Below are positions 1 to 13,200 of a DNA stretch of 64,000 nucleotides, piece by piece. The notes beneath the pieces were generated by a model. The model saw only the letters and a list, made by a program, of their open reading frames with translations, was not told the DNA's origin and ran no database searches. This stretch comes from Takakia lepidozioides (lineage: Eukaryota > Plantae > Bryophyta): positions 10,478,001 to 10,542,000 of the forward strand of contig CM060733.1 of assembly GCA_030704615.1 (NCBI GenBank), read 5' to 3'. The stretch's first letter is position 1; every line of letters starts with the position of its first letter. The position numbers and the translations under genes were made by a program.

Positions 1-445
1 GCAGGCAGAGATAGGCAGGGGGGCAGATGTGTCTGCAGGAGCTACAGTGGAGCTCTGACAGTACCGCAAGGATTAGTTGGGGTGCAAGAGATGGGGAGGG
101 AGGTTAGGCAGGGAGAGAGAGAGAGAAGACAACTTTTCCTCGGTGGTGGAAGTTGTGGACCCACAGCAAACCGTTTGTCGTCGAAAGAACAGCCAGCAGA
201 CAGTGAGCGAAGGAGCTGGGTCTGGGAAGTGAAAGATGTACTCAAGGACAGAATAGATGGGCTGTAAAGATGAGGAGAGGGAGAGAGTGTAACTACAGAG
301 GGACGAGTTATTGCACAACTCGAGCATGGAGATGATTTGTAACCCATTTGTAATGAGAGTAAGAGAAAAGAGAGGAAGTTGAACGGCCTGTGAGAGAGAG
401 AGAGAGAGGTCAGGACTAGGACGAAGGAGAGAATAGAACTTGTAC

Positions 446-1873
446 CGCTGAAAGAAGAGGTAAAGTGGTCTGGCCCCCTCCATTCGCAGGAACATATTCG
501 ACGGTGAATACACCGCGCCCTCCGACGACAATTTGTTGACCATTTGGAAGCTGTTGATTGCTGGCATACCACCGACCCGCTTGCAATGGCGTGCCTGTCT
601 CAACCCAATCGCAGTTGCCATCTGATGCGCAAGGCTCGAAAGTCCGAATCTGTACCGGGCAAGCGATTACATTGTACATACAGCATTAAATTCAAAGTCG
701 AAAGAACATTAAAGCAACAATTTCACCTCATCCACTCAAGGTCCTATCCTATATGAGATTACGTCCAGTGGAGGCACAGAAGGCCATGAAGAAGAAGAGA
801 GTGACGGAAGATAATTTAATTCCTTGGAAAGCCTCAAGTACTTCTATATGTGTCTAAACAACCAAGCTGAAGATCGCTGGGAAGAGAAGGAAGGGAGAGA
901 GAAAGGAATCACCTTCGCATTTCCATCTGCGTCTCCGCCTGTTTGCACGAGAGTTCCATCATTAGCAAACTGCCCTGACGAACACCAAGTGTCTGTGAAG
1001 ATGAACAATGGCCTGATATTGTTTGAACCAGGTGTATAAATGGCAGAATGCGCTGTGCAATCATGCGTGGACGCCTGATGAATTTAACAGCCATGTACAT
1101 CATTAATAAATTGATGAGTGAAGAGGCAACGACATCCTTGAACATGCAGTATGATTCTAGCCTACACCACTACAACATTTCACATACATAGTCTAAAGAG
1201 GGACTGAATCATATCAAGAGTGAACACCAATCGACTACGAAAATGTGATACAAGAATTTAATTGAGGCCTACTGTCTTAAATGGAACGGTGCATGTTCGG
1301 GTGTAGACATGGTCGCAAAGAAAATTCTAGATCAATCCAATAAACTGTTCCAAGCTATCTGAATGCTGCTACAGGTAACACTGGGAAGTAGGCCTTACAG
1401 CAAGGTTAGAAAATACTACTGTTCACGAACTACTACTACGCCAAAAGAGAGGCAGGAGAAGCTACATTATGAATGCAGCTAGGAATTCGTGGGGACGTAA
1501 CCACAGTGATGCTTCAGTTTACGGAGCTTCCCATCTGGATACCAAACTTCCCACACGTTTCGGGCGAGCTTTTTCTATTGGAGAGAGAAGACATTGAGGA
1601 AAAGGTGGCAGGAAAGAAAGAGAGAGAGAGGGGGAGAGAGCTCACCCTGTCCGCAGGATTGTCGCGGCATACTCCATTATTCAATGGGAGCTGAGAGGGT
1701 CCGATATTGGTTCTGTCGAGCAACACGACGGTGTCATAGTGAGTGACTGCTGTGTGCATTGAGGAAATCCCCGCATTCGCAACAACCACCTCCCATGAAC
1801 CTTGTGCATCCACTTGAAGCGTACCTAACACCAACAGAGCCAGCAACTCGAGAGCTAAAAGTCTGAAAGTCAC
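446..1873 (-). CDS. Glyoxal oxidase / aldehyde oxidase GLOX-like secreted copper-radical oxidase, 5' part (exons 1873-1646, 1074-913, 649-446; continues beyond window start)
   Basis: Signal-peptide-like N-terminus, then AGISSMH, DRTNIGPSQLPL, DCTAHSA, TDTWCSSG, TGGDADG and RWYASNQQLPNG motifs; GT-AG introns, all phase 0. Start codon is unclear (see findings). Confidence 0.9.
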
Positions 1874-4493
1874 CCCTAATCCATGACTACTCTCCTGCTA
1901 CCTCTTCCTCTTCCACTCTCCCTCTCACTCTCAGGCCCTAATTATTGTCTGTAAAGCACGAACTTCTGTATCCTCAATCTCTGGGTGACTGCTGTCGACA
2001 AATCCCTCCTCGTCCTCTCTATCTCACTCTAGATCTTCGTCCACAGGCTCTTAATTCCTATTGTACCTTTGCCTTCAACTCTCCACGCTGAGAACTGGCT
2101 CACTGAGCGCCTCTGGACGCCCTGCTATAAAAAGGCCCTGCGCCCCCCCAGGGCCCGCAGGTGTGGCCCCAGTCCCGACGAACGACGACGACCACCCCCA
2201 CGGCTTCGTCCACCCTACCTCACTGCTAGACCTCGTACCAGACTGGCTAACCTAGCCTAAATACATCAACCTTTCCTCCTTTCCTGCCTTCCTTCCTTAA
2301 CTATGGAAGAATTTTGCTCTTACTTCGACCCTTCTGACTGGAAGAACAGAGATCCAAATGACAGCCCAAATCCCTCCCATAAAAACAAGAGAAATCTTGT
2401 GTTACTTACATCTCCCCCTCGTCTCTGCAGCCTTTCTGTTTATGGCCACCAGTCCATTCTACGTTATCTTTGCTAAACGCCAAAAAACTGGTGTGGGCAT
2501 TGATCCCAGAAGCAACCCAAGAGCAGCCTCAAGTGGGTCCACTCCAACAGCTTCCCTCACAGTTTGGGAGTCTCTAGTGGGCCATCCTTGCCCTCACATA
2601 CAATCTTGTTGGGAATGTCCCTAAGAATTTTCATCCCGACATAGCATCCCAAGTTGAGTCTCAGTTTTAGTACACACATTCTAGTGGGACTGTGGCATGA
2701 GAAGAAGGTCATGAGCTGGTTTTGCAACGTCGGTAGTTGGGTTAACCACAGGTGGATGAATGTGTTGAAAATGAGAAAAATGTGAGGGGGTTCTTGTCAG
2801 ATAATCATACATCAATGCCAGTCACAGATTAGGTCCATCCACCCAAAATACCGACCCAACAACAGAAGGTAAATAGTCCAAAATGGGAGAGGGTGGGGTG
2901 GGGCCAGCCTAGGCCGGTTATAGCCCGGAGACAGGCCAGACGTTGACCGGTGACGTGGCAGGCCTGGCGGCGCCAGGCCAGGCCGAGTCCACCTCTGCAA
3001 ACTGGCTTGCACGTTTATACTGGAGCTTCATCTTGTGGGCCCATGACAACCCATCTCTTCTAATTTGCAATTAGAAGCTGCTAATCCCTCTTTGTTGTAG
3101 AGGGAGTAAAGGAAGGTGGGTTTAAGGCCGCTAGGGAAGGGACCCACGGAAAGTGTACCGTTGCTGCGACGGTCAGGAGTCACATGCACACTGTCAATAT
3201 TCTTTCAGGAATGATATGAAGGAGGACCACCCAGGGGACGGAAAGGCAACGTCCAGGAAGCTTCAGAATGTCCAAAAGGAATGGGGATGAGCTACAATAT
3301 ACACAAACACGCCTGCAGCTAGCCACATTTTTGTCCCATGTGACGTATGGGGAAGGTTCAACCTACAATAACAAGCTGATCATGTTCTCGGAAGATCAGG
3401 GTGACATGAAGCGGTAGGAGGGTTCGCCAACCTCCATAGTACGGGCTGACGGGATTCAGAATGGTGTGGTATTGATATCGCAGCGGTTGGATTGCCATAA
3501 AGACAGCTACGACTCGCATGTCTAGTATATTGCGACTCTCACTCTCCGTAAATAGCCTGTGCAGGTGTCTTTGTTCACCTACTGTCAATCATTTTATTAT
3601 ATGCCAGCCGTGCACCAATTGTTTTATTATATTTTTGCGCCTTACTTTTGCGATCTCAAAAGCAAAGTCAAGATCAGAGCCACCTACAGTGCAGGCTGCG
3701 TGATTCTTGCTGTCGCAAATCCAGGACCGACAGCCACAGTCATCCATCCCAATAAGGGATTACTGGGAAGGTGCATGTAGTAGTATTCACGTAGAAAGCC
3801 TGTGAACAAAAGTCCACCTGAACCTCTTTGTAATGAGGCGAGAGCATTTAAAGAAGAATGACATTATGTGTTATTTCATTCAATACTTGATTGGGAATGC
3901 GTGACATTCTGGTCAACATCCCGGCCGCCTGAGTCAAACCTTTCAGAGAGCCTGGTGTGTATAGTCCATGGTACCTTATGTTGGAAAGCAGCATGTGGGT
4001 TATGTTAAAGGGGGTCGAAGGCTCTATAAAACAGTCCTCTCAATTTAAGTATTTTTGGACCCGTGAAAGTTAGCCCTGTCTAGACGAATGTTCAGATCTT
4101 GTGTTTCTCGGATCTTGCTCATCCAATTTACAGGCAAGTACGGCAACCTCGGCCTACGGCATCTATTTTGTGTCAAATTCCTCCAGAGAACATGGGTCTA
4201 GTAATAAGCACTTCCAAACGCCTGGCAAACGTCATATTCAGTGCTTCATTAGATGCTAGCTATCATGTACTTTCTCACGAAATGTTGCCTGTGAGCACCA
4301 TGCAAATCCTAAGCATGTAGGCAGTCATAAGGCAGTGATTACTTGCTGATAGCGATAAATGGAATAATTAAGTACGACCTCATCCTATTCCACAACAGAA
4401 ATGTGGCGACACACGAATAGTATTCCCACTGGTCTTAGGGAGGTTCTAGAAACGTCCAGCTTCCTCCGTGCTTGAAGACTGCAGTTCGAACTG

Positions 4494-7252
4494 CAGTTGA
4501 GCAGTTGTTGGCATTGCCAGCCTCAAAGTTGTGTACATGTCAACGCGTCTCCTGAGGTACGATTGGCATCACCGTATTATATAAGTTTGCCTTTAAAAGC
4601 TTTACACTGCATGATACAAGTTTGTTTCAACTTGCTAAACGATAAGTAAACTACACTACTTGGAATGTGTGCAGCTTGCGAGGAACACAATTCAAATATT
4701 CTGGATATGATGTTGTTTCATGTTGATGTGATCCAAATGAGCAGGAAAATTAATATTAAGTATTTGTTTTACAACATTGCTCGATTCCTATTCTCAATAG
4801 TCCTGAAAGAGACTTAGAATGAAATCTTCTTTGAAAACATTCATGGCACTGTCAAGAGTTGTAGAAGAACATTGGGTTGGCAATCCGCTCCATTCAACTG
4901 ATGTACTACTGCTTGTACTATGACATCTGTTGCTGCGATCCAGTACAGGGATAAAATTAACACCATGTGCAAAGCCGGTGCTCAATACACAACATGAGAT
5001 GACGACACCAATTTTGTAAGTAAAATTCGCTAGATTCAGATATTGATCCAGTTGTGAAGAGCGAGCTCAGTGAGTCGTGAACTAGTATATAAAAACTCAT
5101 TCATGTCTACTAGTCTGGTGGCCGCGATGTCAAATAACGGATGAAGACACATGTATACCTTTGGATGAATATGTCTATGCATTAATACTTACCTTTCCAT
5201 GGTAGGAGAGAATGTACTTTGTACAGACGTGCTCAAGACTGCGCCCTCCATGGCATCTGATAAGAGACAAAACTCCTACGTGATGGCCAGCTTTGTTGGG
5301 ACTGGTGCTGATTTCCCATCCTCCCATTCTTATATCTCTGTCTTGACAGCTTGTAATATGACTATAGATACCAGATCCCGCTTTGAATCGTACTGGTCTG
5401 GTCGGACTCACATTGGTTGAAGGAAATGGAACACTATCACTCAAGGACCCACCTTCGTTGAAGCTCCTGCGCCCTAGTCCTAATTTGATGCACATATAGG
5501 TGGGAGCTGGAGTCTTCTTTCGGTTCCTGGCTGAGACCAATGCCAGATGTTCCTCCGCTGTCAAAGTCAGAGCAAGTCTAGATATGGAGGAGACACAAAT
5601 CACAACATCCTGAATTGCTATCTNNNNNNNNNNNNNNNNNNNNNNNNNNNNNNNNNNNNNNNNNNNNNNNNNNNNNNNNNNNNNNNNNNNNNNNNNNNNN
5701 NNNNNNNNNNNNNNNNNNNNNNNNNNNNNNNNNNNNNNNNNNNNNNNNNNNNNNNNNNNNNNNNNNNNNNNNNNNNNNNNNNNNNNNNNNNNNNNNNNNN
5801 NNNNNNNNNNNNNNNNNNNNNNNNNNNNNNNNNNNNNNNNNNNNNNNNNNNNNNNNNNNNNNNNNNNNNNNNNNNNNNNNNNNNNNNNNNNNNNNNNNNN
5901 NNNNNNNNNNNNNNNNNNNNNNNNNNNNNNNNNNNNNNNNNNNNNNNNNNNNNNNNNNNNNNNNNNNNNNNNNNNNNNNNNNNNNNNNNNNNNNNNNNNN
6001 NNNNNNNNNNNNNNNNNNNNNNNNNNNNNNNNNNNNNNNNNNNNNNNNNNNNNNNNNNNNNNNNNNNNNNNNNNNNNNNNNNNNNNNNNNNNNNNNNNNN
6101 NNNNNNNNNNNNNNNNNNNNNNNCAGTTGAGCAGTTGTTGGCATTGCCAGCCTCAAAGTTGTGTACATGTCAACGCGTCTCCTGAGGTACGATTGGCATC
6201 ACCGTATTATATAAGTTTGCCTTTAAAAGCTTTACACTGCATGATACAAGTTTGTTTCAACTTGCTAAACGATAAGTAAACTACACTACTTGGAATGTGT
6301 GCAGCTTGCGAGGAACACAATTCAAATATTCTGGATATGATGTTGTTTCATGTTGATGTGATCCAAATGAGCAGGAAAATTAATATTAAGTATTTGTTTT
6401 ACAACATTGCTCGATTCCTATTCTCAATAGTCCTGAAAGAGACTTAGAATGAAATCTTCTTTGAAAACATTCATGGCACTGTCAAGAGTTGTAGAAGAAC
6501 ATTGGGTTGGCAATCCGCTCCATTCAACTGATGTACTACTGCTTGTACTATGACATCTGTTGCTGCGATCCAGTACAGGGATAAAATTAACACCATGTGC
6601 AAAGCCGGTGCTCAATACACAACATGAGATGACGACACCAATTTTGTAAGTAAAATTCGCTAGATTCAGATATTGATCCAGTTGTGAAGAGCGAGCTCAG
6701 TGAGTCGTGAACTAGTATATAAAAACTCATTCATGTCTACTAGTCTGGTGGCCGCGATGTCAAATAACGGATGAAGACACATGTATACCTTTGGATGAAT
6801 ATGTCTATGCATTAATACTTACCTTTCCATGGTAGGAGAGAATGTACTTTGTACAGACGTGCTCAAGACTGCGCCCTCCATGGCATCTGATAAGAGACAA
6901 AACTCCTACGTGATGGCCAGCTTTGTTGGGACTGGTGCTGATTTCCCATCCTCCCATTCTTATATCTCTGTCTTGACAGCTTGTAATATGACTATAGATA
7001 CCAGATCCCGCTTTGAATCGTACTGGTCTGGTCGGACTCACATTGGTTGAAGGAAATGGAACACTATCACTCAAGGACCCACCTTCGTTGAAGCTCCTGC
7101 GCCCTAGTCCTAATTTGATGCACATATAGGTGGGAGCTGGAGTCTTCTTTCGGTTCCTGGCTGAGACCAATGCCAGATGTTCCTCCGCTGTCAAGTCAGA
7201 GCAAGTCTAGATATGGAGGAGACACAAATCACAACATCCTGAATTGCTATCT
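4494..7252. repeat. About 1.13-kb near-identical direct duplication (4494-5623 and 6124-7252) flanking a 500-N gap; likely unmerged contig overlap
   Basis: Copies appear identical except one A (tcaaagtcag vs tcaagtcag); each copy abuts the N run at 5624-6123. Confidence 0.9.
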
Positions 7253-10200
7253 TAAACAAACTGCTGGTGCAGCTCTTAATCTATAGCAAGAAAAATCTGC
7301 AATCCAGTCTGGCTCACTCAAGAACAGCGACAAATTAAACCAGAAGATATATGGGATGGCGTAGGGGGAGGAAGGATGGCCGGTGCGTTGTTGTAGTTAG
7401 TTAATATATAGCCAAATCCTCGTCGAAGTATATACTTTGATCGCCTCATTTCAACCCATTCTGCGACGACGTCCAGGACACTTCTCAAATCGTATCACCG
7501 TGTTTGTCTGAGAAAAATGTGCTGAAGCCCCTGCTAATTATTCTCCGGACCCAAAATTAGCTGATCAGTCATCACATCGAATATGATGTCGGAGACAAGC
7601 AGGACCGACTCTTGATGCTGTTTGGTTTCTTCTGCATCCTCTCATACACAGTGCCAAAATGTGCAACAGGAAGTTGTAGTAAAGTCTAGGTCACAGAGAA
7701 ACAGAAAAATCAAAAGACAACGAAATAATCTCAAATCAAGCTGCAAGCAAGAGTACTAAACTGGGCAGGAGACTCGGACTACTTCTATAACTAGTCATCT
7801 GCTGTCGGGCCGAGAGCATTACACTGCTAACCTGTGTACGACTAGTCTGAATCGGACGGCGATCGATACTCTCCAACGGCGTTCAGTTTTCAGATGCAAG
7901 AAGCTACGTGTTTTTCAATTGTCTTGAATTCATAAAATTCAAACCCCCTAGTGTTTGCCGCCTAGAAAATTACCACAAATTCAACCAAGAAAGGGGACAG
8001 AGCCTGCTATCTTACTATAAATTTATATCAAAACTGAGAGTAGTTTTACAGATTTCAATGCTTAAGATGTTAGGAAAGCTGCATGTTTCTTTCAAGCTCT
8101 ATCTCAAGACTCTTACAGTAGAAACTTGCAGATCTTTGATTGTTTAGATGCAGTCCTCCCCCTTTTGTTTCCTGAGGGTCTCTAAAACAACAGCAAACAT
8201 ATCTAAAGCACAACCACTGTGACACCAACAAGCTTCCAGGCTCCATGCAGCCCTCTCTTTAAAAGCTTGAGAACTTGGACCTGGGAGAACACTCCTGCTG
8301 CGATCAGATTTCGTAATATTCTAGCCTGCTGCTCTGGGAATATCAACTATGGTATCCTCAGGCATAGATAACACCATCTCCAATCTGCATAGGCCCATTC
8401 GTAAGTGTTCAATGACAGAGACAAAAAACTGCCTGCCAAGGATATGGGTAAAACTTTGTGATGGACTGATCGTCTGTAAACGGCACATCCATGAGGGGGG
8501 TACTGACTTGAACATAAGGCCTCAGTGCAGCAATTGACAACAATGATTGTTGACTTTGGTTGGACTATACCATCTCTACTGAAAACCTAACTGAAGATAG
8601 TAATGTGGTGCTCATGAGGAGTCCCCTCCCTCTCCAAGGCCGCTGAAAAAGACAGTAACTTAGAAACTGCGCACCCTTTTGTAGTCTGCTCATAAGTCAG
8701 CAGCCGCAGAACTGTGTTGATGAACAATCACCTTGGATGTCCAGCAGATCTCTGTCCATCTCCCTGTTTTCTAATGACTCCAATATTCAAATAGAGGCAA
8801 GAGTTGCATGGAACTTGGGAGCCCTCAATTCCTCCACACATTGCCCTAACACTGGATGTACCAAACCAACATTACAACTCTCCTCAGCAGAAGTTGACAA
8901 CACACTCAGAGCTCTTAGTATTTCAGCCAGTAGCAGAGAGCTTTCACTCTTTGTCAGAATATCCCTACCAGAGACAGTTCGGCCAAGCCTCTGCTGGTCT
9001 CTCCAGCTTCAGCTGACAACTGACAGGTCTCTCACACACGGCCACATCGGGAGCTCCTCACGAGTCACAGGCACCAAAGGGTGGCCTGTCGGGACCACTG
9101 TACTCTGGAAGGGCGCCCATGCCTGGTCGGTGCATGTCTGGCCTCATCATGGGTGCAACATTAGCCAGCCAGCACCGAATGGCTGGCCGCGCACACCATA
9201 GCCCTTCCAAGCCCTCCTTGTGGCTGAGGGTAATGGGGCCTGCCTTTGAGGGCTTTGGCACAGGCCGAGCATCAAGAGTAGATTGGTCCTCCATACAACA
9301 TCCTGCCCAAATCCAGGGTCCCCTCGCAGACCTGCTTGCCCTCTTATTCCTCCCATGGGTGTGTACCATGTACCTGTTTCAACCATTTGCAGCAAATTTG
9401 AGCACTTTCAAGGAATAACTCAGCACAAATTTCACTTAAACGATTCCACGCTAGCTGCACTCATGTGTTAGTAATAATGCCCAGGTTTGAATGCCTGCAC
9501 AGATCCTTGCAACTTGACAAATCTTTCGTACAGTCGTTTCACAAAGAACTCGAACTCATACCAAGAAACCTACCAATTCATGAGTGCTGGCTTGGAGAGA
9601 ATATTGGTGATAGAGGGAGGTCCTCGCATCGGAAAATCAGGTCCATCCTCCCTCGAGCTTGCACTGCATCCCTGTGAACTTAGTCAATTTTCTTTACCCT
9701 CCTTTCTTGCCATCCATTCCTTTGAAAGTCGATCACATCCTTTAACATAATTCTGAGCCTGGATGATAGCTTCAGATTGTTGGACAGAATTTCCACTCTT
9801 TTGAAATACGCATCAATATGCTCCTCTTCCCTGGATGATCAATTATACGGCCAATGGTGCTCATCAATTTGAACAAAGCATGAGCCACATCCTCTTTATC
9901 TGGATTGTGATATACCCAATGCAAAGGGTGAGAGCTGCCAGAAGCCCCACCAGTAGCATGTGTAGGCATTGGGAAACTCTGCAGCATCTTCCCAGTCGTC
10001 CAGTTCCTTGGGCAGGACCTTCTCCAAGGCTGTCCAAGAGTCCTTCTTTATATCACCTGAAGGCTCAAAACCAGGAAGCTCAGCTCTTTTCACATCCTCT
10101 AGCTTTTGATCCACTGTCCGAGCTTTGTAAGCATTGTACATACAGGTCTGCAATTGTACCAGCAACATCTGTCTTGCAAGCAGCTTCTTTTTAGACTTCT

Positions 10201-13200
10201 TCTTTCTGCTCCCTCCCACTCTGCTGGCTTCTGGAGGAGCAATAAATGGGTTCACTGCATGCACCAATATTAGGCCTACTTGCTCATAGACTTATCATGC
10301 ATAATTGCAAAACCTACAGTATGTATGGACGATGATATTCTCCCGGGAGCTCTGGATGCAGGCCTTTCCGCTCATCTGCAGGTCCATCTGAAGCTGATAG
10401 ATGAATCGATGGATTCATTTACCGATCAATCTGTGACTTGCAGCCAGTCTTCGACTATTTAAGCCTAAGCTTAGTGCCCTAAGGCCTGCTTACTTGGCTG
10501 CTAACACCCTACCTCGTTTCTCTTCTTAAAACCACTCATACTCGCACTCCATATGCCGGCTCATCACATACACTAATGCTAATTGACATTAAATAGCCGC
10601 CGCTACACCCGGTCACAAATGTGCACTTCTTCTGTGCGACCATTAAGCTGCATAGAAAGACTCAAACAATAGCAAACAACGATGGGAGGAGAGGATCTGT
10701 CTCTTTACCTAGGGCAGACGCCTCCATAATATTGACGTGGAAAGAGCACAGGCGACAACGGGAGAGAGCACGCAAGATCACACCCATGCACACTTGCATG
10801 CATGCATTCGAGCGTGCTCTCTCTCGTTGTCACCCTGGTCACTTTAGAAGGAGATGATATCTGACCACTGATCCTCTGCACCAGGGTATAATTAGCATCT
10901 CCACGTCTTATTGGGCCCCCTTGCGCCAACGACGGACACAACCCATAACCGAAATAGCATACAAACTGGAGAGGAAACTGTGAAAAAAATTTCGAGCATT
11001 ACAACACCCATTACATCCCAACTGTACAGACACTCTGCAAATTGAATCACATCTTTCCTTCCTCTTCCCACTTCCTCTAGCATCTAGGGAAAACTTACCC
11101 CTGAATCTTGTAGGTACCAAGTCAAGCAACCAGATTTAAAACCTTTTTTACAACTGGAAAATTGGAGTTGGAGAGACATGGGCAGGAATAATTTGTGACG
11201 ACAAACCTAAAACGAAGTTCTGCCCTAACAGGTCAACCTATGACCTAAGTGAACTCCCTCAAAAAGTTTCCAAACAATATGTAAGAAACAGTGTTTTGCC
11301 AGTTACAAACACAATATCTCTTCTTGAGACTACCCTTCTAGATCTGACAAGCACAACAACAAGACCTGATTATTCTTTGGTGTGGAAGAAATGTGAAGGA
11401 ATCTGGATACAGTTACAATACACCCACCTTTCAAAAAATCTCACCTCCATGCTAAGCTCCCCTTCACTTATTCCGCCCATGAATCTTTGCTGATCTTATG
11501 CATTGGCCTATGGGTCTGGGGTCAATTGATCCCTTGTGGTTTCGTCCCCCTTCAGGCTGGGCTCTTTCCCATGTATGCCTCGCTCAGAAAACAAGAGGGT
11601 TAGATTTCCCCCCTCGTAGCAACAAACAAACAAACAAATCTGCATTATCATTCTATATTTGAACAGAAATCTAACTTAGGGAATTTACTGCACGCATGCA
11701 CCGTTACAAATCCCTAAAGAGGGTCAAGAGTGACACAATAGACGGAGTTTGATGGCCAGACTAGCGTCATCGGTCATCTAAAGCTAAAATCTCTTCTAGA
11801 ATGCCGTGGTACACAGTTGTGTAAATGGTTAGATCTCACTTTTCTGATTTACATAAGCTTTCAGCAAGCCCACTCTACATAGTTTTTTTCCCTTCTAGAA
11901 CTGATCTGATGTGAAGTCCACCCAGACAAGTGCAGTCCGAATCAACTCTCCTTTATTCGATGTGTATTAGGAACATTATTAACATTATTAACGTCATAGC
12001 GAATAGTGCAGGAGGGGCGATCGAATATAAGAAAGAACATAGTGAGTATAGTGAGTAAAGTGCACCGTTAGAAAGAATATAAATTTAGGAGATAAGAATC
12101 AGTTGGGGTGGAAATATTAACAAGACTTGAAGCAATTTTACCTTGAGCAAAGGTGATTACTACTATGAGCCAGAACTCTGCCCAGAAACACAATAGCTCC
12201 CTGCATCCATTTCACAGGACTTCCAAATTTCTAGCCAAAAGATTCTAGTCTTGTGCTGGATCGAATAAAACTCTTGAAAAGATGAATATATCATAGTCTC
12301 ATAGATCATCTATGAATAGATCTCTCACATCATGGTCAATCGTATCTCTCCGCCTGCATGTCCACCTATTCTGATTCATCACAAGGTACATATTAGGAAA
12401 GGATACCCTGGGCTCTCGTAGGAAAAAAGTGATTGTAAACTCTTCTAGATGCAGCTTAAGATCAACGTGAGTACACTTACATAGGCCAGCTGGAGGACTG
12501 CTCAACGTCTTCGGCGTTTTTGTCTTGCTCAACACGGAGGAACAGTCTTACGAAGTAGACCAGTGCAATTGGCTTCCTAGCTGCAATATGAACGTAACCA
12601 CATTGGGCTCAAATAAACACGTCGTATACCTGCCACACAAGCAGCAATCAAGTGCTTCAATACATTATTATCTAGGTAAACATTTCTCTTCAATCCGATT
12701 ACCAAAATCTTCCCCAAACTACGGTCCGAGGTACGGTCCTTCCAATTCGACAAACAACCTTGAAAATCGGCGAAAGTTCAGTTCATCAGTTGACTCCATC
12801 CATTTTCCACCAGATATTGTTTCTGAAAGATCAGCTTCAAGTATATAAAGTCCCGGTTCATCGGAAGTACTGTTATACTTCACCACATTCAAGAGATCTT
12901 AGCACCAATTAGCGAATACATGAACATGTACATGCACATGTGGAAGCATAGTATTCATAGTATGGTTCCAGGAAGTGACCAGCACTCGAAATTGTTCCGT
13001 TACGAATTAAGTGCACGTGCGGGAGTACGGAGGAGTAATAACCACCAGGGCAATAACTACCCCAATTGAAGTAACTACCAGGAGTAATAACTGCCAGGAA
13101 ATTCAGCCCATCTTCAGCTTTGCAACGCCGATGGCAGTTCCTGGACCAATGAAGGTTGAAGGATGCCGGACGGGTGCTTTGATTCTGTGCGTTCTCCGTT

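Noticed and set aside
4494-7252. Biological tandem duplication or LTR pair
   Set aside because: Near-perfect identity with both copies ending exactly at an N gap indicates an assembly overlap; the ORFs spanning the Ns are artefacts.
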